Positions 17,888 through 27,062 of a DNA stretch of 31,306 nucleotides are shown in pieces. The first letter of the stretch is position 1. Each line of letters opens with the position of its first letter. The notes beneath the pieces were generated by a model. The model saw nothing but the letters and a program-made list of their open reading frames with translations. It did not search any database and was not told the DNA's origin. Origin of the DNA: Promethearchaeota archaeon (lineage in GTDB: Archaea; Asgardarchaeota; Lokiarchaeia; Sigyniarchaeales; SOKP01); NCBI GenBank assembly GCA_019057865.1, contig JAHLWP010000041.1, forward strand, positions 1 to 31,306, given 5' to 3'. A program made the position numbers and the translations under genes.

Positions 17888-19186
17888 GTGATTAAGGCTA
17901 AAATGAAATTTTTATATATTGACATGACTAACTCAGGAATATCAGGAGATATGCTTCTTGCTTCTCTTTTAGGATTAGTTCCAGATTCTGATGTTATATT
18001 AAGTGATTTAAAAGGACTAAAAAAACACTTATCCGGTGTTTCAAAATTAGATATTAGGTTAGAAACTCCCAAACGTTCCGGAATTCAATTAAATCAATTA
18101 AAAATTGAGATAAAAGAAACTAAAGATCGGAGAACAGCTAAAACCCTAAAGAATTCTTTGAATGAATTTTTAACCAGTCAAAAAGTTACTGATTCCGCTA
18201 AGAATTATGCTAATAAAGTTCTTAATTCATTGATTCAAGCAGAAGGAGAAGTTCATGGTGAAGTAAACGACAATATCCATTTACATGAATTAAGTTCTGT
18301 CGATACCCTGATTGATATTTTAGGTGCTGCTATTGTCTTAGATAAAATAGGTGGCTTTGAGGAAAATTTCAAGGTCTTTTGTAGTGAGATACCTTTAGGA
18401 AGTGGTACTATTAATACTGCACATGGTTTATTACCTGTTCCTGCTCCAGCAACAGCAAAAATTTTAGAAAAATCTGATCTAATAATCCGTGGAGGTCCAA
18501 TTGATTCTGAATTAGTGACTCCTACAGGGGCTGCGTTATTAGTAAATTTAAATCTAAAATTCTTAGAATTTCCCCCCGAAATGAAGTTAATAAAATTAAT
18601 TTATAGTACAGGTCAAAAAAATTTCAAGAATTTCTTAAATATTCTACGTTTATTCTACGGTGAACGTAAGGAATTAGGAACATCAGCTGAATCGCATATA
18701 TTTGATAAATATTTAGAGCAAGTAACTGTTTTAGAAACAGATGTTGATGATGTAACTGGTGAAGTGCTTGGAAATTTTATAGAAAAATTTCAAAAAGAAA
18801 AAATTCTAGATTTGCAAATTTTTCCAGGGCTGACAAAGAAAAATAGACCTAGTCATATAATCAGAATTTTATGTTATCCAAGATATAAGTTTGAGATAAT
18901 TGAGAAAATTATACTAGAATTGGGTACTTTAGGTGTAAGGTTCAATACTATAAAACGTGTTTGTATTGATAGAAAGATAGAAAAACAAATTATTGAAATT
19001 AATGGAAAAAATTTTGATTTAAATTTCAAAATTTCATATATAGAATCAGAAAAGGGAAGAGAAATCGTTAATATAAAACCAGAATATGAAGACCTTAAAA
19101 GAATTAGTGAACTCTCTGGGCTAACAGTTAAAAAGCTACAAGCTATTGCAAAATCGCAAGTAAAGCAGATTTTAAATAATAAGTAA
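17888..19186 (+). CDS. larC: Nickel-pincer nucleotide cofactor nickel insertase LarC
   Basis: SGISGDMLL, IHLHELSSVDTLIDI, AHGLLPVPAPAT, ELVTPTGAALL, LETDVDD, KKNRP, TLGVR, KPEYEDL; single frame. Confidence 0.93.
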   Translation: MIKAKMKFLYIDMTNSGISGDMLLASLLGLVPDSDVILSDLKGLKKHLSGVSKLDIRLETPKRSGIQLNQLKIEIKETKDRRTAKTLKNSLNEFLTSQKVTDSAKNYANKVLNSLIQAEGEVHGEVNDNIHLHELSSVDTLIDILGAAIVLDKIGGFEENFKVFCSEIPLGSGTINTAHGLLPVPAPATAKILEKSDLIIRGGPIDSELVTPTGAALLVNLNLKFLEFPPEMKLIKLIYSTGQKNFKNFLNILRLFYGERKELGTSAESHIFDKYLEQVTVLETDVDDVTGEVLGNFIEKFQKEKILDLQIFPGLTKKNRPSHIIRILCYPRYKFEIIEKIILELGTLGVRFNTIKRVCIDRKIEKQIIEINGKNFDLNFKISYIESEKGREIVNIKPEYEDLKRISELSGLTVKKLQAIAKSQVKQILNNK

Positions 19187-19256
19187 ATCCATAAATTAAA
19201 ATATAAATTTAAAAAAAAATAGAGTTTAAAAATAAATTTAAAGTTTATTGTTTTGT

Positions 19257-19799
19257 CTAATATTTATCAATATTGAATTTATGTAACAAATATTCGTCTT
19301 CCACCATATCTTTTGAAAAAGCTTCTAATCGGGAAAGTTCCTTCTTTATTTTCTTTATTTTTCTCAATTTTCCTAATTTCTGATACACTTCTGTTGCTTC
19401 TTGGAATATTTTAATGCATTTATCAAAGTTTCCAGAAATTTCTAAGTCTTCAGCAAGAAAAACTAAACCTTCGGCTACTTCTAATTGCTTCCCTAATTTT
19501 TTTTGAATTTTTAGAGATTGGTAGTGATATTTCATACTTTCAGGATATAGTTTAAAAATTGAATGCGTTCTACCCAAAGTTCTTAAAACGAGGGCTTCTT
19601 GTTCTTGTAAACCATTATCTTTACAATGTTTTAAAATAGTTTCTAAAAATTGAATGTAGTCTTGCTTATTCTTCAATTTTGAACGATCAATGTTGTGAAT
19701 GGCTTTTTCATAGGTTTCTATTGTATTGTCAATGTCTCCATTTTCAAAAAACTTTTTAGATTTTTCAAAAAGTTCATTACTATCTATAGATGCGACCAT
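19257..19799 (-). CDS. Tetratricopeptide repeat protein
   Basis: EALVLRTLGRTH...SMKYHYQSLKIQKKLG and following TPR-like helix pairs. Confidence 0.75.
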   Translation of the reverse strand: MVASIDSNELFEKSKKFFENGDIDNTIETYEKAIHNIDRSKLKNKQDYIQFLETILKHCKDNGLQEQEALVLRTLGRTHSIFKLYPESMKYHYQSLKIQKKLGKQLEVAEGLVFLAEDLEISGNFDKCIKIFQEATEVYQKLGKLRKIKKIKKELSRLEAFSKDMVEDEYLLHKFNIDKY

Positions 19800-20190
19800 T
19801 TGGGTCTCAACTACTTATCATTAGAATTGTTTTTCGTTAGATTTGATATTTTAAAAATAAGTTCAATTATTATTATATTAAATTACCTATATAAGCTTAT
19901 CTATCTTAAAAAATAGGACTAGAAAAATTGAAAAGGGACAATTTATGAGAAATTCTTGTCTTAAGCAAATTCATTTAAACAAACCTTTAAATAAAAATTC
20001 GTTTAAGTAAAACACGATTATAATAATTTCCCTCACATTTTTGCAAAAATAATATTTCTCGTTATTCAAACTATGTCATAAACTAAAAAAATAGAAACTT
20101 CTTAAATTTAAACTAAATTAAAATTTGATACTATTAAAAAAAAGCGAATTCAAATGAAACACAAAAAAAAATCTTTTAATTTCACTCTAC

Positions 20191-20874
20191 TTAAATCCAA
20201 GGGTCTGCTCCAATCCAAGTAGGGATAAACATGAAAACGAGTACTGCTGTAAGACCTATTGCGTAAATAGTACCTACTGCTTTGATTTTTATCTTCATTC
20301 CCCTTGCATCATGAACAAGGAATGCTGCAACAAAGAAATGGAAGTATCCAAATAAGAAGATAAGTGGCACACCCCAAGGACTGGCATTCCACCATGGATA
20401 TTCCCATATAAGAGCATCTGAAATATTCAAAAGGATCTCAACAAAAACAGAAAAAGCAGCAAAAAATGAGGCAAAAAGCCAACGGTTAGGAATTCCAAAT
20501 ATCTTCTTATCTTTATCTTCTGGTAGAAACTTAGCAAATACAAGACCCGCAATAGAAAACATCATTGCTATTTCTAAGTTCCAACCAATCATAATAATAA
20601 AAGTGCTACGCGCTGGTGTTGTCCAGAATGCTGAATAATCAGTAAAATGGAATACTAATGCATTCCAAGTTTCATTAATCAAGTCCATACCTAAAACTGT
20701 CAAACCTGCAAAGACTATACTCCAATTTTTTGTTTGTTGTGCTTTTTGAATTTCAGTAGCATAGATATATAGAACAATAACTAGAATTGGGATTATGTAC
20801 CATTGATAGTGCGAAAATTCTCGAAGATTTGAAAGAGCTTCAAGTGATTCAGGTGTTGGTGTCATATATATCAA
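20191..20874 (-). CDS. Hypothetical multi-pass membrane protein
   Basis: About 6 hydrophobic segments, Trp-rich, with acidic residues in TM segments (MDLINETWN, GWNLEI, FVEILLN). Confidence 0.75.
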   Translation of the reverse strand: MIYMTPTPESLEALSNLREFSHYQWYIIPILVIVLYIYATEIQKAQQTKNWSIVFAGLTVLGMDLINETWNALVFHFTDYSAFWTTPARSTFIIMIGWNLEIAMMFSIAGLVFAKFLPEDKDKKIFGIPNRWLFASFFAAFSVFVEILLNISDALIWEYPWWNASPWGVPLIFLFGYFHFFVAAFLVHDARGMKIKIKAVGTIYAIGLTAVLVFMFIPTWIGADPWI

Positions 20875-20980
20875 CCTTTAGTTTTATTTTTTTAATTTTT
20901 ATAATTTAATTTTAATTAAACAAGCTTAAACTAGAAAATATTTATAGTTTATTCTATTAAAATGAATCTAATTATTTCAT

Positions 20981-21760
20981 TTATCTAGTCATTCTATTTG
21001 CTATTAAAGCTGCTGAGGCACCAGCTCCAAATCCATTATCAATATTTACTATTAATAATCCAGGTGAACACGACTGTAACATTGTTGTTAACGCCCCAAT
21101 TCCTTTCCCTCCTAATCCATATCCACTAGAAACAGGAATTCCAATTACAGGGATATCTGTTAGAGCAGCAACAACACCAGGTAATGTTCCCTCCATTCCA
21201 GCACATACAATTATTACGTGAATACCTTCTTTAATCATATCGCTTAATGGTGTAAAGATTCGATGTATACCTGCTATTCCCACGTCGTAACTAGTTAACA
21301 CTTTGCACCCCATAGCTTCTGAGATAACTTTTGCTTCCTCTGCCACAGGTATATCAGAAGTTCCAGCTGTTATGACTCCTATTATTCCGTTTTTTTTCTC
21401 AAATTTAAAAGGTTTTTGTCTTAAAATTATTACTTTGCCCAATTCATTTAACTCTATATCAATATCTTCATTGTTTTCAAAGGATTTTAATATGAATTCT
21501 TTTTGGCTTTCATGATAGCGAGAAATAATAGCAAATTGATTACTCTCTAAAAATGATTTGATAATATCTATAATTACTTCATTAGATTTTTTATGAGCAT
21601 ATATAACTTCAGGGATACCTGTTCTTACTTTACGAAGAATATCTAATTTAGCTAAATCACCAACCTCTTGAATCATATTAGCTTTTAAAAACTTCTCTGC
21701 TTCTTCAATAGTTATTTTCTTTTCGGTTAGAAGTTTAAGTATATTTCTTAGATCATCCAT
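20981..21760 (-). CDS. larB: Nickel-pincer cofactor carboxylase/hydrolase LarB (PurE-like)
   Basis: RTGIPEVIY, TAGTSDIPVAEEA, DVGIAGIHR, AGMEGTLP, PVSSGYG, MLQSCSPG, VNIDNGFGA. Confidence 0.94.
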   Translation of the reverse strand: MDDLRNILKLLTEKKITIEEAEKFLKANMIQEVGDLAKLDILRKVRTGIPEVIYAHKKSNEVIIDIIKSFLESNQFAIISRYHESQKEFILKSFENNEDIDIELNELGKVIILRQKPFKFEKKNGIIGVITAGTSDIPVAEEAKVISEAMGCKVLTSYDVGIAGIHRIFTPLSDMIKEGIHVIIVCAGMEGTLPGVVAALTDIPVIGIPVSSGYGLGGKGIGALTTMLQSCSPGLLIVNIDNGFGAGASAALIANRMTR

Positions 21761-21912
21761 TTTTTCTTCTTATCATATAATTCTGTATTTTAACCAATTA
21801 AAATATTAATGGTTTAATAAAATTCAAAGCAATTACTTATATTTTGCGCTTTAACAATCTGTAAATCATTCTTTTTTTTAATTTTGTAAAATTAATGATA
21901 TATAAAAAATAG

Positions 21913-22662
21913 GTGCATATATTGGAGTTTTTTTTTGAGATTCATAAAGATTTGCCAAGAGAAGGTCCAGGGGACAATGAATCAACACAAAAGGCTTTTA
22001 ACTTTTTAGAAAATTTACCTTCAAATCCTTATATTTTGGATATTGGATGTGGACCTGGAATGCAGACGATCCAGTTAGCGAAATTGAATGATGGATATAT
22101 CGTTGCAATAGATACGCATCAGCCATTTTTAGATGAGTTAAACAAGCGTGCTGAAATCGCTGGAGTTCAAGATAAAATTAAAACGATTAATAAATCTATG
22201 TTTAAAATGGATTTTGAAGAAGGGCAATTTGATGTTATCTGGTCTGAAGGAGCAGTTTATATTTATGGATTTGAGAAAGCATTAAAAGATTGGCATATTT
22301 TTTTGAAAAAAAATGGTTATATTGTAGTAAGTGAAGCCTCATGGTTAAAAAAGAATCCTCCTGCTGAGATTAGAGATTTCTGGAATGATGCTTATCCTGA
22401 TATAAAATTAATTGAAGAAAATAAGGATAGGATTAAGAAAAATGGATATAGTTTAATCTCATATTTTATATTACCAGAAAATAGTTGGTGGGAGAATTAT
22501 TATACCCCTCTTGAATTTAGAATTAATGAATTAAAGGAAAAATATCAAGGAAATGAAGAAGCAGAAAAGCAACTTGATGAGGAATTAATAGAAATTGAAA
22601 TGTTTAGAAAACATTCTGATTATTATGGATATGTTTTTTATATACTGCAAAAAATTGAATGA
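21913..22662 (+). CDS. Class I SAM-dependent methyltransferase
   Basis: LPREGPG, ILDIGCGPG motif I, FDVIWSEGA, YYGYVFYI. Confidence 0.9.
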   Translation: MHILEFFFEIHKDLPREGPGDNESTQKAFNFLENLPSNPYILDIGCGPGMQTIQLAKLNDGYIVAIDTHQPFLDELNKRAEIAGVQDKIKTINKSMFKMDFEEGQFDVIWSEGAVYIYGFEKALKDWHIFLKKNGYIVVSEASWLKKNPPAEIRDFWNDAYPDIKLIEENKDRIKKNGYSLISYFILPENSWWENYYTPLEFRINELKEKYQGNEEAEKQLDEELIEIEMFRKHSDYYGYVFYILQKIE

Positions 22663-22776
22663 AATTGTGTTATTTTAGATTCATTTTTTAAATTTAAAAA
22701 AAGATAATAACAATTCAAAATAATTATTATTTACTACTCTATCAATATATAATCCTAGATTAAAGTGAAGATATAA

Positions 22777-23997
22777 ATGAAGATTGATTATACATCTTAC
22801 AAGGATGTAGATTTAAAAGGTAAAAAAGTATTAATGCGTGTTGATATCAATTCTAATATTGATGTAGAAAATTATAAAATTCGAGAATCACCACGTATTG
22901 CAGCTCTCGTCCCTGCTTTAGAAGAGCTTAAAGAAAGTGCTGTTATTATAATGGCTCATCAATCACGACCTGGTAATGAAGATTTTACAGATTTAGACAT
23001 TCATGCAAAAGAAATAGAAAAACAGTTAGGGCGACAAGTGAAATTTGTAAAAGATCTTTTTGGTAAGGATGCTGTCAAAGCTATAAAAAAACTCAAACCT
23101 GGTGAAGTATTAGTTCTCAATAATGTTAGAAAATGGGAGCCTGAAATGAAAGGCTATGATGATTTCTCTGTAGCAGAGAATACAGAAATGGTTAAATCAC
23201 TATATTCTTTAGTAGATTATGTCATAGTAGATGCTTTTGGAGCAGCCCATCGAGCACATGTGTCTATTATAGGTTGGCCCAAAATGATAGCAGGCCCTAT
23301 AACAGAAAAAGAATTATCTGCATTGAAAAAAATTATAGAAGAACCTGATAAACCAATGGCTATGCTTATTGGTGGAGCTAAAGCAATAGATAAATTTAAG
23401 GCAATGAAGTTTAATTTCGATAATGAAAAATTAGATTATGCTTTATGTTCTGGATTAACTGCTATTTTGATCTTTGAAGCGCTAGGTAAAAATATGGGGG
23501 AACCCAATCGTAATATTATAGCTAAGGATTTAGAAGTTAATAAGGATATGATTGGGAAAACCTATGAAAGATATAAGGATAAAATTATTCTTCCAGAAGA
23601 TTTAGTCATTGATGATAATGGTAATAGAAAAACTATTACTATTGATGAGGCAGCAACTTATAATACAACAACTGGAGATGTAGGTCCTAAAACTGTAGAA
23701 AAATTCAAGGAATTCATTATGAAAAGCAAAACTATAGTTGCTAACGGTCCTCCAGGAATATTTGAAAAAGAAGTGTTCAGAGAGTCTACAAATGAAATGA
23801 TCGAAGCAATGGTTAAAGCTACAAAGGAAAATGATGCACTTACAATAATTGGAGGAGGCGAAATGGGGGCTGCTGCTTCAATGGCAGGATTATCAGATCA
23901 GGTTTCCTTCATTTCTACTGCTGGCGGTGCAATGTTAGAAATTCTTTCTGGAAAGGATTTACCAATGATTAGAGCATTAAGGGAAAAGAAACCCTAA
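22777..23997 (+). CDS. pgk: Phosphoglycerate kinase (archaeal type)
   Basis: RVDINS, AHQSRPG, DAFGAAHR, GGAK, DVGPKT, ANGPPGIFE, ISTAGGA. Confidence 0.96.
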   Translation: MKIDYTSYKDVDLKGKKVLMRVDINSNIDVENYKIRESPRIAALVPALEELKESAVIIMAHQSRPGNEDFTDLDIHAKEIEKQLGRQVKFVKDLFGKDAVKAIKKLKPGEVLVLNNVRKWEPEMKGYDDFSVAENTEMVKSLYSLVDYVIVDAFGAAHRAHVSIIGWPKMIAGPITEKELSALKKIIEEPDKPMAMLIGGAKAIDKFKAMKFNFDNEKLDYALCSGLTAILIFEALGKNMGEPNRNIIAKDLEVNKDMIGKTYERYKDKIILPEDLVIDDNGNRKTITIDEAATYNTTTGDVGPKTVEKFKEFIMKSKTIVANGPPGIFEKEVFRESTNEMIEAMVKATKENDALTIIGGGEMGAAASMAGLSDQVSFISTAGGAMLEILSGKDLPMIRALREKKP

Positions 23998-24159
23998 AAA
24001 AATATTTTTATTTTTTTTAATTTTTTTCATTCTATTCACTAAAAAGTAAGAAAACATTTGTTGTTTAGAAATATTGGTAGATGTTTTTGATTTTAATAAA
24101 ATATTTATTTTTTAGTAGTATAAATTACTTATTACTAATTTCGATAATTCGAAAATTAC

Positions 24160-24233
24160 GGGCCAGTGGTCTAGCCTGGTATGACGTCCGCTTGACGTGC
24201 GGAAGGTCGGGAGTTCAACTCTCCCTTGGCCCA
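24160..24233 (+). tRNA. tRNA-Val (anticodon GAC), intron-less, CCA not encoded
   Basis: Acceptor GGGCCAG/TTGGCCC. Anticodon stem TCCGC/GCGGA with loop TTGACGT. T-arm GGGAG-TTCAACT-CTCCC. Discriminator A. Confidence 0.95.
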
Positions 24234-24262
24234 CTAATAAAAAAAAAAAAAGTTAAACTAGA

Positions 24263-24742
24263 ATGCCACTAAGAATTCGTTGGTTATCAAAGGAATTTTT
24301 TGGAATTGCTCTACTTCTATTAGGGATGTGCGGAATGTTCCAATTATTTTTTATATTTATAGCTCAATATCTTTTAGGTATTGGCAATTATTTTGTAGTA
24401 ATATTAATTCCTATAGGAATCACAGTCGCATTATTTTTTTCTACAATTATAATTTTCGAGAGTTATGCTCAAGTGGAGAGAAGAGAGAAATTGAAAAGCC
24501 AATTTAAGAAATCAAGGGGTAAACGTTCAAAATTGAGGATTTTCTTAGATTTTCCAATAACTAAACCTTTATTAATAACTTGCATTATTTTTCTTGCCAC
24601 ATTTTTCAGTTTATACTATATCTGTGTTCTTTTTTTAAATAATGCTCTATCATTCTTAACAGCTGAAAATTTGAGTGCTGTAATTTGTTTACTTATTGCT
24701 AATCTTATAGAAAAGAAGTACGCTAGAGTACAAAAATATTAA
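24263..24742 (+). CDS. Hypothetical 4-TM membrane protein
   Basis: Two TM pairs separated by a basic loop. Confidence 0.75.
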   Translation: MPLRIRWLSKEFFGIALLLLGMCGMFQLFFIFIAQYLLGIGNYFVVILIPIGITVALFFSTIIIFESYAQVERREKLKSQFKKSRGKRSKLRIFLDFPITKPLLITCIIFLATFFSLYYICVLFLNNALSFLTAENLSAVICLLIANLIEKKYARVQKY

Positions 24743-24891
24743 AGAATTAATTGCATTAAGCTAATGGAAAATATAGATGGCAAAATTAAATATTAATATT
24801 ACGACATTAAATATATAAATAAGATGATTAATTAATACTATAAATTTTGAACTAGAAAAAAACCTTAAGAAATTCTTAATTTTGGAATAAT

Positions 24892-25740
24892 ATGGCGAAA
24901 CTTGAAATTCGATGTCCTTCTTGCTCAGCAAGGGGAAAAATAGAAATTTCTGAGGATGCAATAAAAAATATTTCAAGAGGAGTATTAGCAGTCAATATAG
25001 CTGTGAATATGATCTGTGAACATTCATTTATTGCTTATGTAGATAGAAATATGCAAATACGGGATTATTTCATGGCAGATTTTCAACTTCAATTACCTGC
25101 TAATTCATCGCCGACTTTAGTGGAAGATAGAATTGTACCTGAAACTGAATCAATTGATTTTGATTTAATTAGAATTAATATACCTTCTTTGTTAATTGCT
25201 CATGTTATTAGAGCAACTTTTTTTGGCAAAAAAATAATAATAATTTCTGATCTAGGGTTTCTTTATCATCATATCATTAATTTCTTCAAATATATAATGC
25301 AGAATTCATTCGATATTGATATTACAATCATTTCAAGCGAGGATTACAAAGCTAATAAAAAGAGTTATAAAGAATTTCTAATTCTTCAAGGAAGGGATAT
25401 AATACAAGATAAAGATAAAATTATAGATCCGAAGAAATTAGAAGTAGAAAAGACTATTGCTGAAAAATTCTTATCAGAATATGATTTAATGACTAGTTTA
25501 ATTATGCTTAGAAATGAAATTCATAAAGCATATGAATATTCTAAAACTATTGTGGACCTCATCGAAAGACGTAAAGATAAAGTAGGTACATCTAAGATTC
25601 TTATTGATGAAATATCAAAAACTCATGATGAAAAGATAAAAATCCCATATCTAAAGTTCTTAGTACAGATTGTTAAAAATTACTTTAAAGTTGAGATTCC
25701 TCCTATAGATGGTGTTTCTGATCTCCTAGGATTTTTGTGA
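24892..25740 (+). CDS. Asgard-type hypothetical protein with N-terminal Zn finger (CxxC...CxH)
   Basis: IRCPSC...ICEHSFIAYVDRN N-domain followed by alpha/beta and helical regions. Confidence 0.7.
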   Translation: MAKLEIRCPSCSARGKIEISEDAIKNISRGVLAVNIAVNMICEHSFIAYVDRNMQIRDYFMADFQLQLPANSSPTLVEDRIVPETESIDFDLIRINIPSLLIAHVIRATFFGKKIIIISDLGFLYHHIINFFKYIMQNSFDIDITIISSEDYKANKKSYKEFLILQGRDIIQDKDKIIDPKKLEVEKTIAEKFLSEYDLMTSLIMLRNEIHKAYEYSKTIVDLIERRKDKVGTSKILIDEISKTHDEKIKIPYLKFLVQIVKNYFKVEIPPIDGVSDLLGFL

Positions 25741-25887
25741 GTAATCTTATTTTTTTCATAAAACTATAGATCCTTGACAGTGTCGATTTTAATTTAAGAA
25801 ATAAGATTTTCGAAACATAAATATTTTTACCCCAATACATATAATTAGATTTTTTAATTATTTAAATCACAAATAAGTTCAATAAAA

Positions 25888-26361
25888 TTGAGGAGAGAAT
25901 TAATGACCTATACTTGTGAAATTGAAGAACGAAAGGCTCAAGATGTTCTATCAGTTCGGACAAGAGCATCCGTTCAGGATTTACCTCAAGTTATGGGAAA
26001 AGTTTATGGGAATATTGCTCAATATCTTGGAGAAATAGGAGAATATCCCGCAGGACCCCCATTTGCAGCATATTATAACATGGATATGCAAAATTTGGAC
26101 ATTGAAATAGGATTTCCCGTTTTAAAAAAATTACCTGACAAAGAAGATATAAAAACACGTGAGATTCCATCTGGAAAGTTTGCTACTTGTTTATACACGG
26201 GGCCATATAGTAAAATTGAACCTGCTTATAATGAGCTTTCTAAATGGATTAAAGATAATGGATATGAAGCAACTGGTATTGTTTATGAGATATATTTAGA
26301 TGATCCATCACAAACTCCACCCGAAGAGTTAAAAACTCACATAATGTTCTTGCTTAAATAA
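25888..26361 (+). CDS. GyrI-like small-molecule-binding protein
   Basis: AGPPFAAYY, DIEIGFPV, YTGPYSKIEPAY, YEIYLDDP...PEELKT; AGGAG before an ATG a few codons into the ORF. Confidence 0.9.
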   Translation: MRRELMTYTCEIEERKAQDVLSVRTRASVQDLPQVMGKVYGNIAQYLGEIGEYPAGPPFAAYYNMDMQNLDIEIGFPVLKKLPDKEDIKTREIPSGKFATCLYTGPYSKIEPAYNELSKWIKDNGYEATGIVYEIYLDDPSQTPPEELKTHIMFLLK

Positions 26362-26420
26362 AAGATGATATTGTTTTTAAAAATCAAAATACTTTTTTAT
26401 TTTTTCTTCATGAAACAGAC
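26360..26420 (+). repeat. Non-coding direct repeat, copy A
   Basis: AAAAGAT-GATATTGTTTTTAAAAATCAAAATACTTTTTTATTTTT...TTCATGAAACAGAC, near-identical to 31148-31223. Confidence 0.75.
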
Positions 26421-26570
26421 CTTGTTCTTTAAATTTTCATATCAAGGATATGCTATAACTTTTAAAACATATAAGAATATATAAAATAGATATATTTTAA
26501 TATATATCAAAAATTCGTCAAAAAGAGCAATATAACAAAATTAAAAGAAAATCAGAAAGAAAAAAAAAAA

Positions 26571-26699
26571 ATCGCTATCGAAGGTCATGCAGGTGTTGCT
26601 AAAGATAAGATGATTTTTTTAGGAAAAGATCTTAGAGAATTAATAGAAGAATCTGGAGTTTTAACCCCCAATCTTGATAAACTGTATATTTATTTGTAG
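26571..26699 (+). pseudogene. C-terminal remnant resembling ketopantoate-reductase-family proteins
   Basis: Manual translation IAIEGHAGVAKDKMIFLGKDLRELIEESGVLTPNLDKLYIYL*; preceded by poly-A, no upstream start. Confidence 0.5.
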
Positions 26700-27062
26700 T
26701 AAAGCTTATTGTAATTTTACGTAATAAAAGTAAATCATAATTTTTTCCTAATTTTTTAAAATAATTTTTATATGATTATACAGTTTTTTCTCTTTTGGCA
26801 TCTCGTGAGAAAACTAAACTTTCTTAAGTCAATTTTATTAACTTTCCTTTAATACTCAAAGAAAAAAGTTTCTCTATAATCTCCAAAAATTTTCCCACTA
26901 GATTTCACTTATTGCAATCAATAAGAAGAAAGCACACATGCGAAACATTGATGAATTCTTAAATCTTTATTTTTTGTTTATTGTGACTATTATGTCACAA
27001 ATTTTAAATATAAGACTATACTATTTCTCTATGCAAGTCTATACTCTATAGGTGAAATTAAA

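Noticed and set aside
17888-19186. Programmed frameshift splitting larC into larC1/larC2
   Set aside because: larC is one continuous frame here
17869-21515. ORFs 17869-18072, 19695-19916, 21303-21515
   Set aside because: Antisense overlaps of larC, TPR gene and larB
24081-24976. ORFs 24081-24272, 24280-24507, 24761-24976
   Set aside because: Overlap the tRNA-Val or better-supported genes; low-complexity AT-derived translations
26360-26440. Direct repeats as integron attC sites or CRISPR repeats
   Set aside because: No RYYYAAC...GTTRRRY boxes, only two copies 4.8 kb apart, no regular spacers, no intI or cas genes
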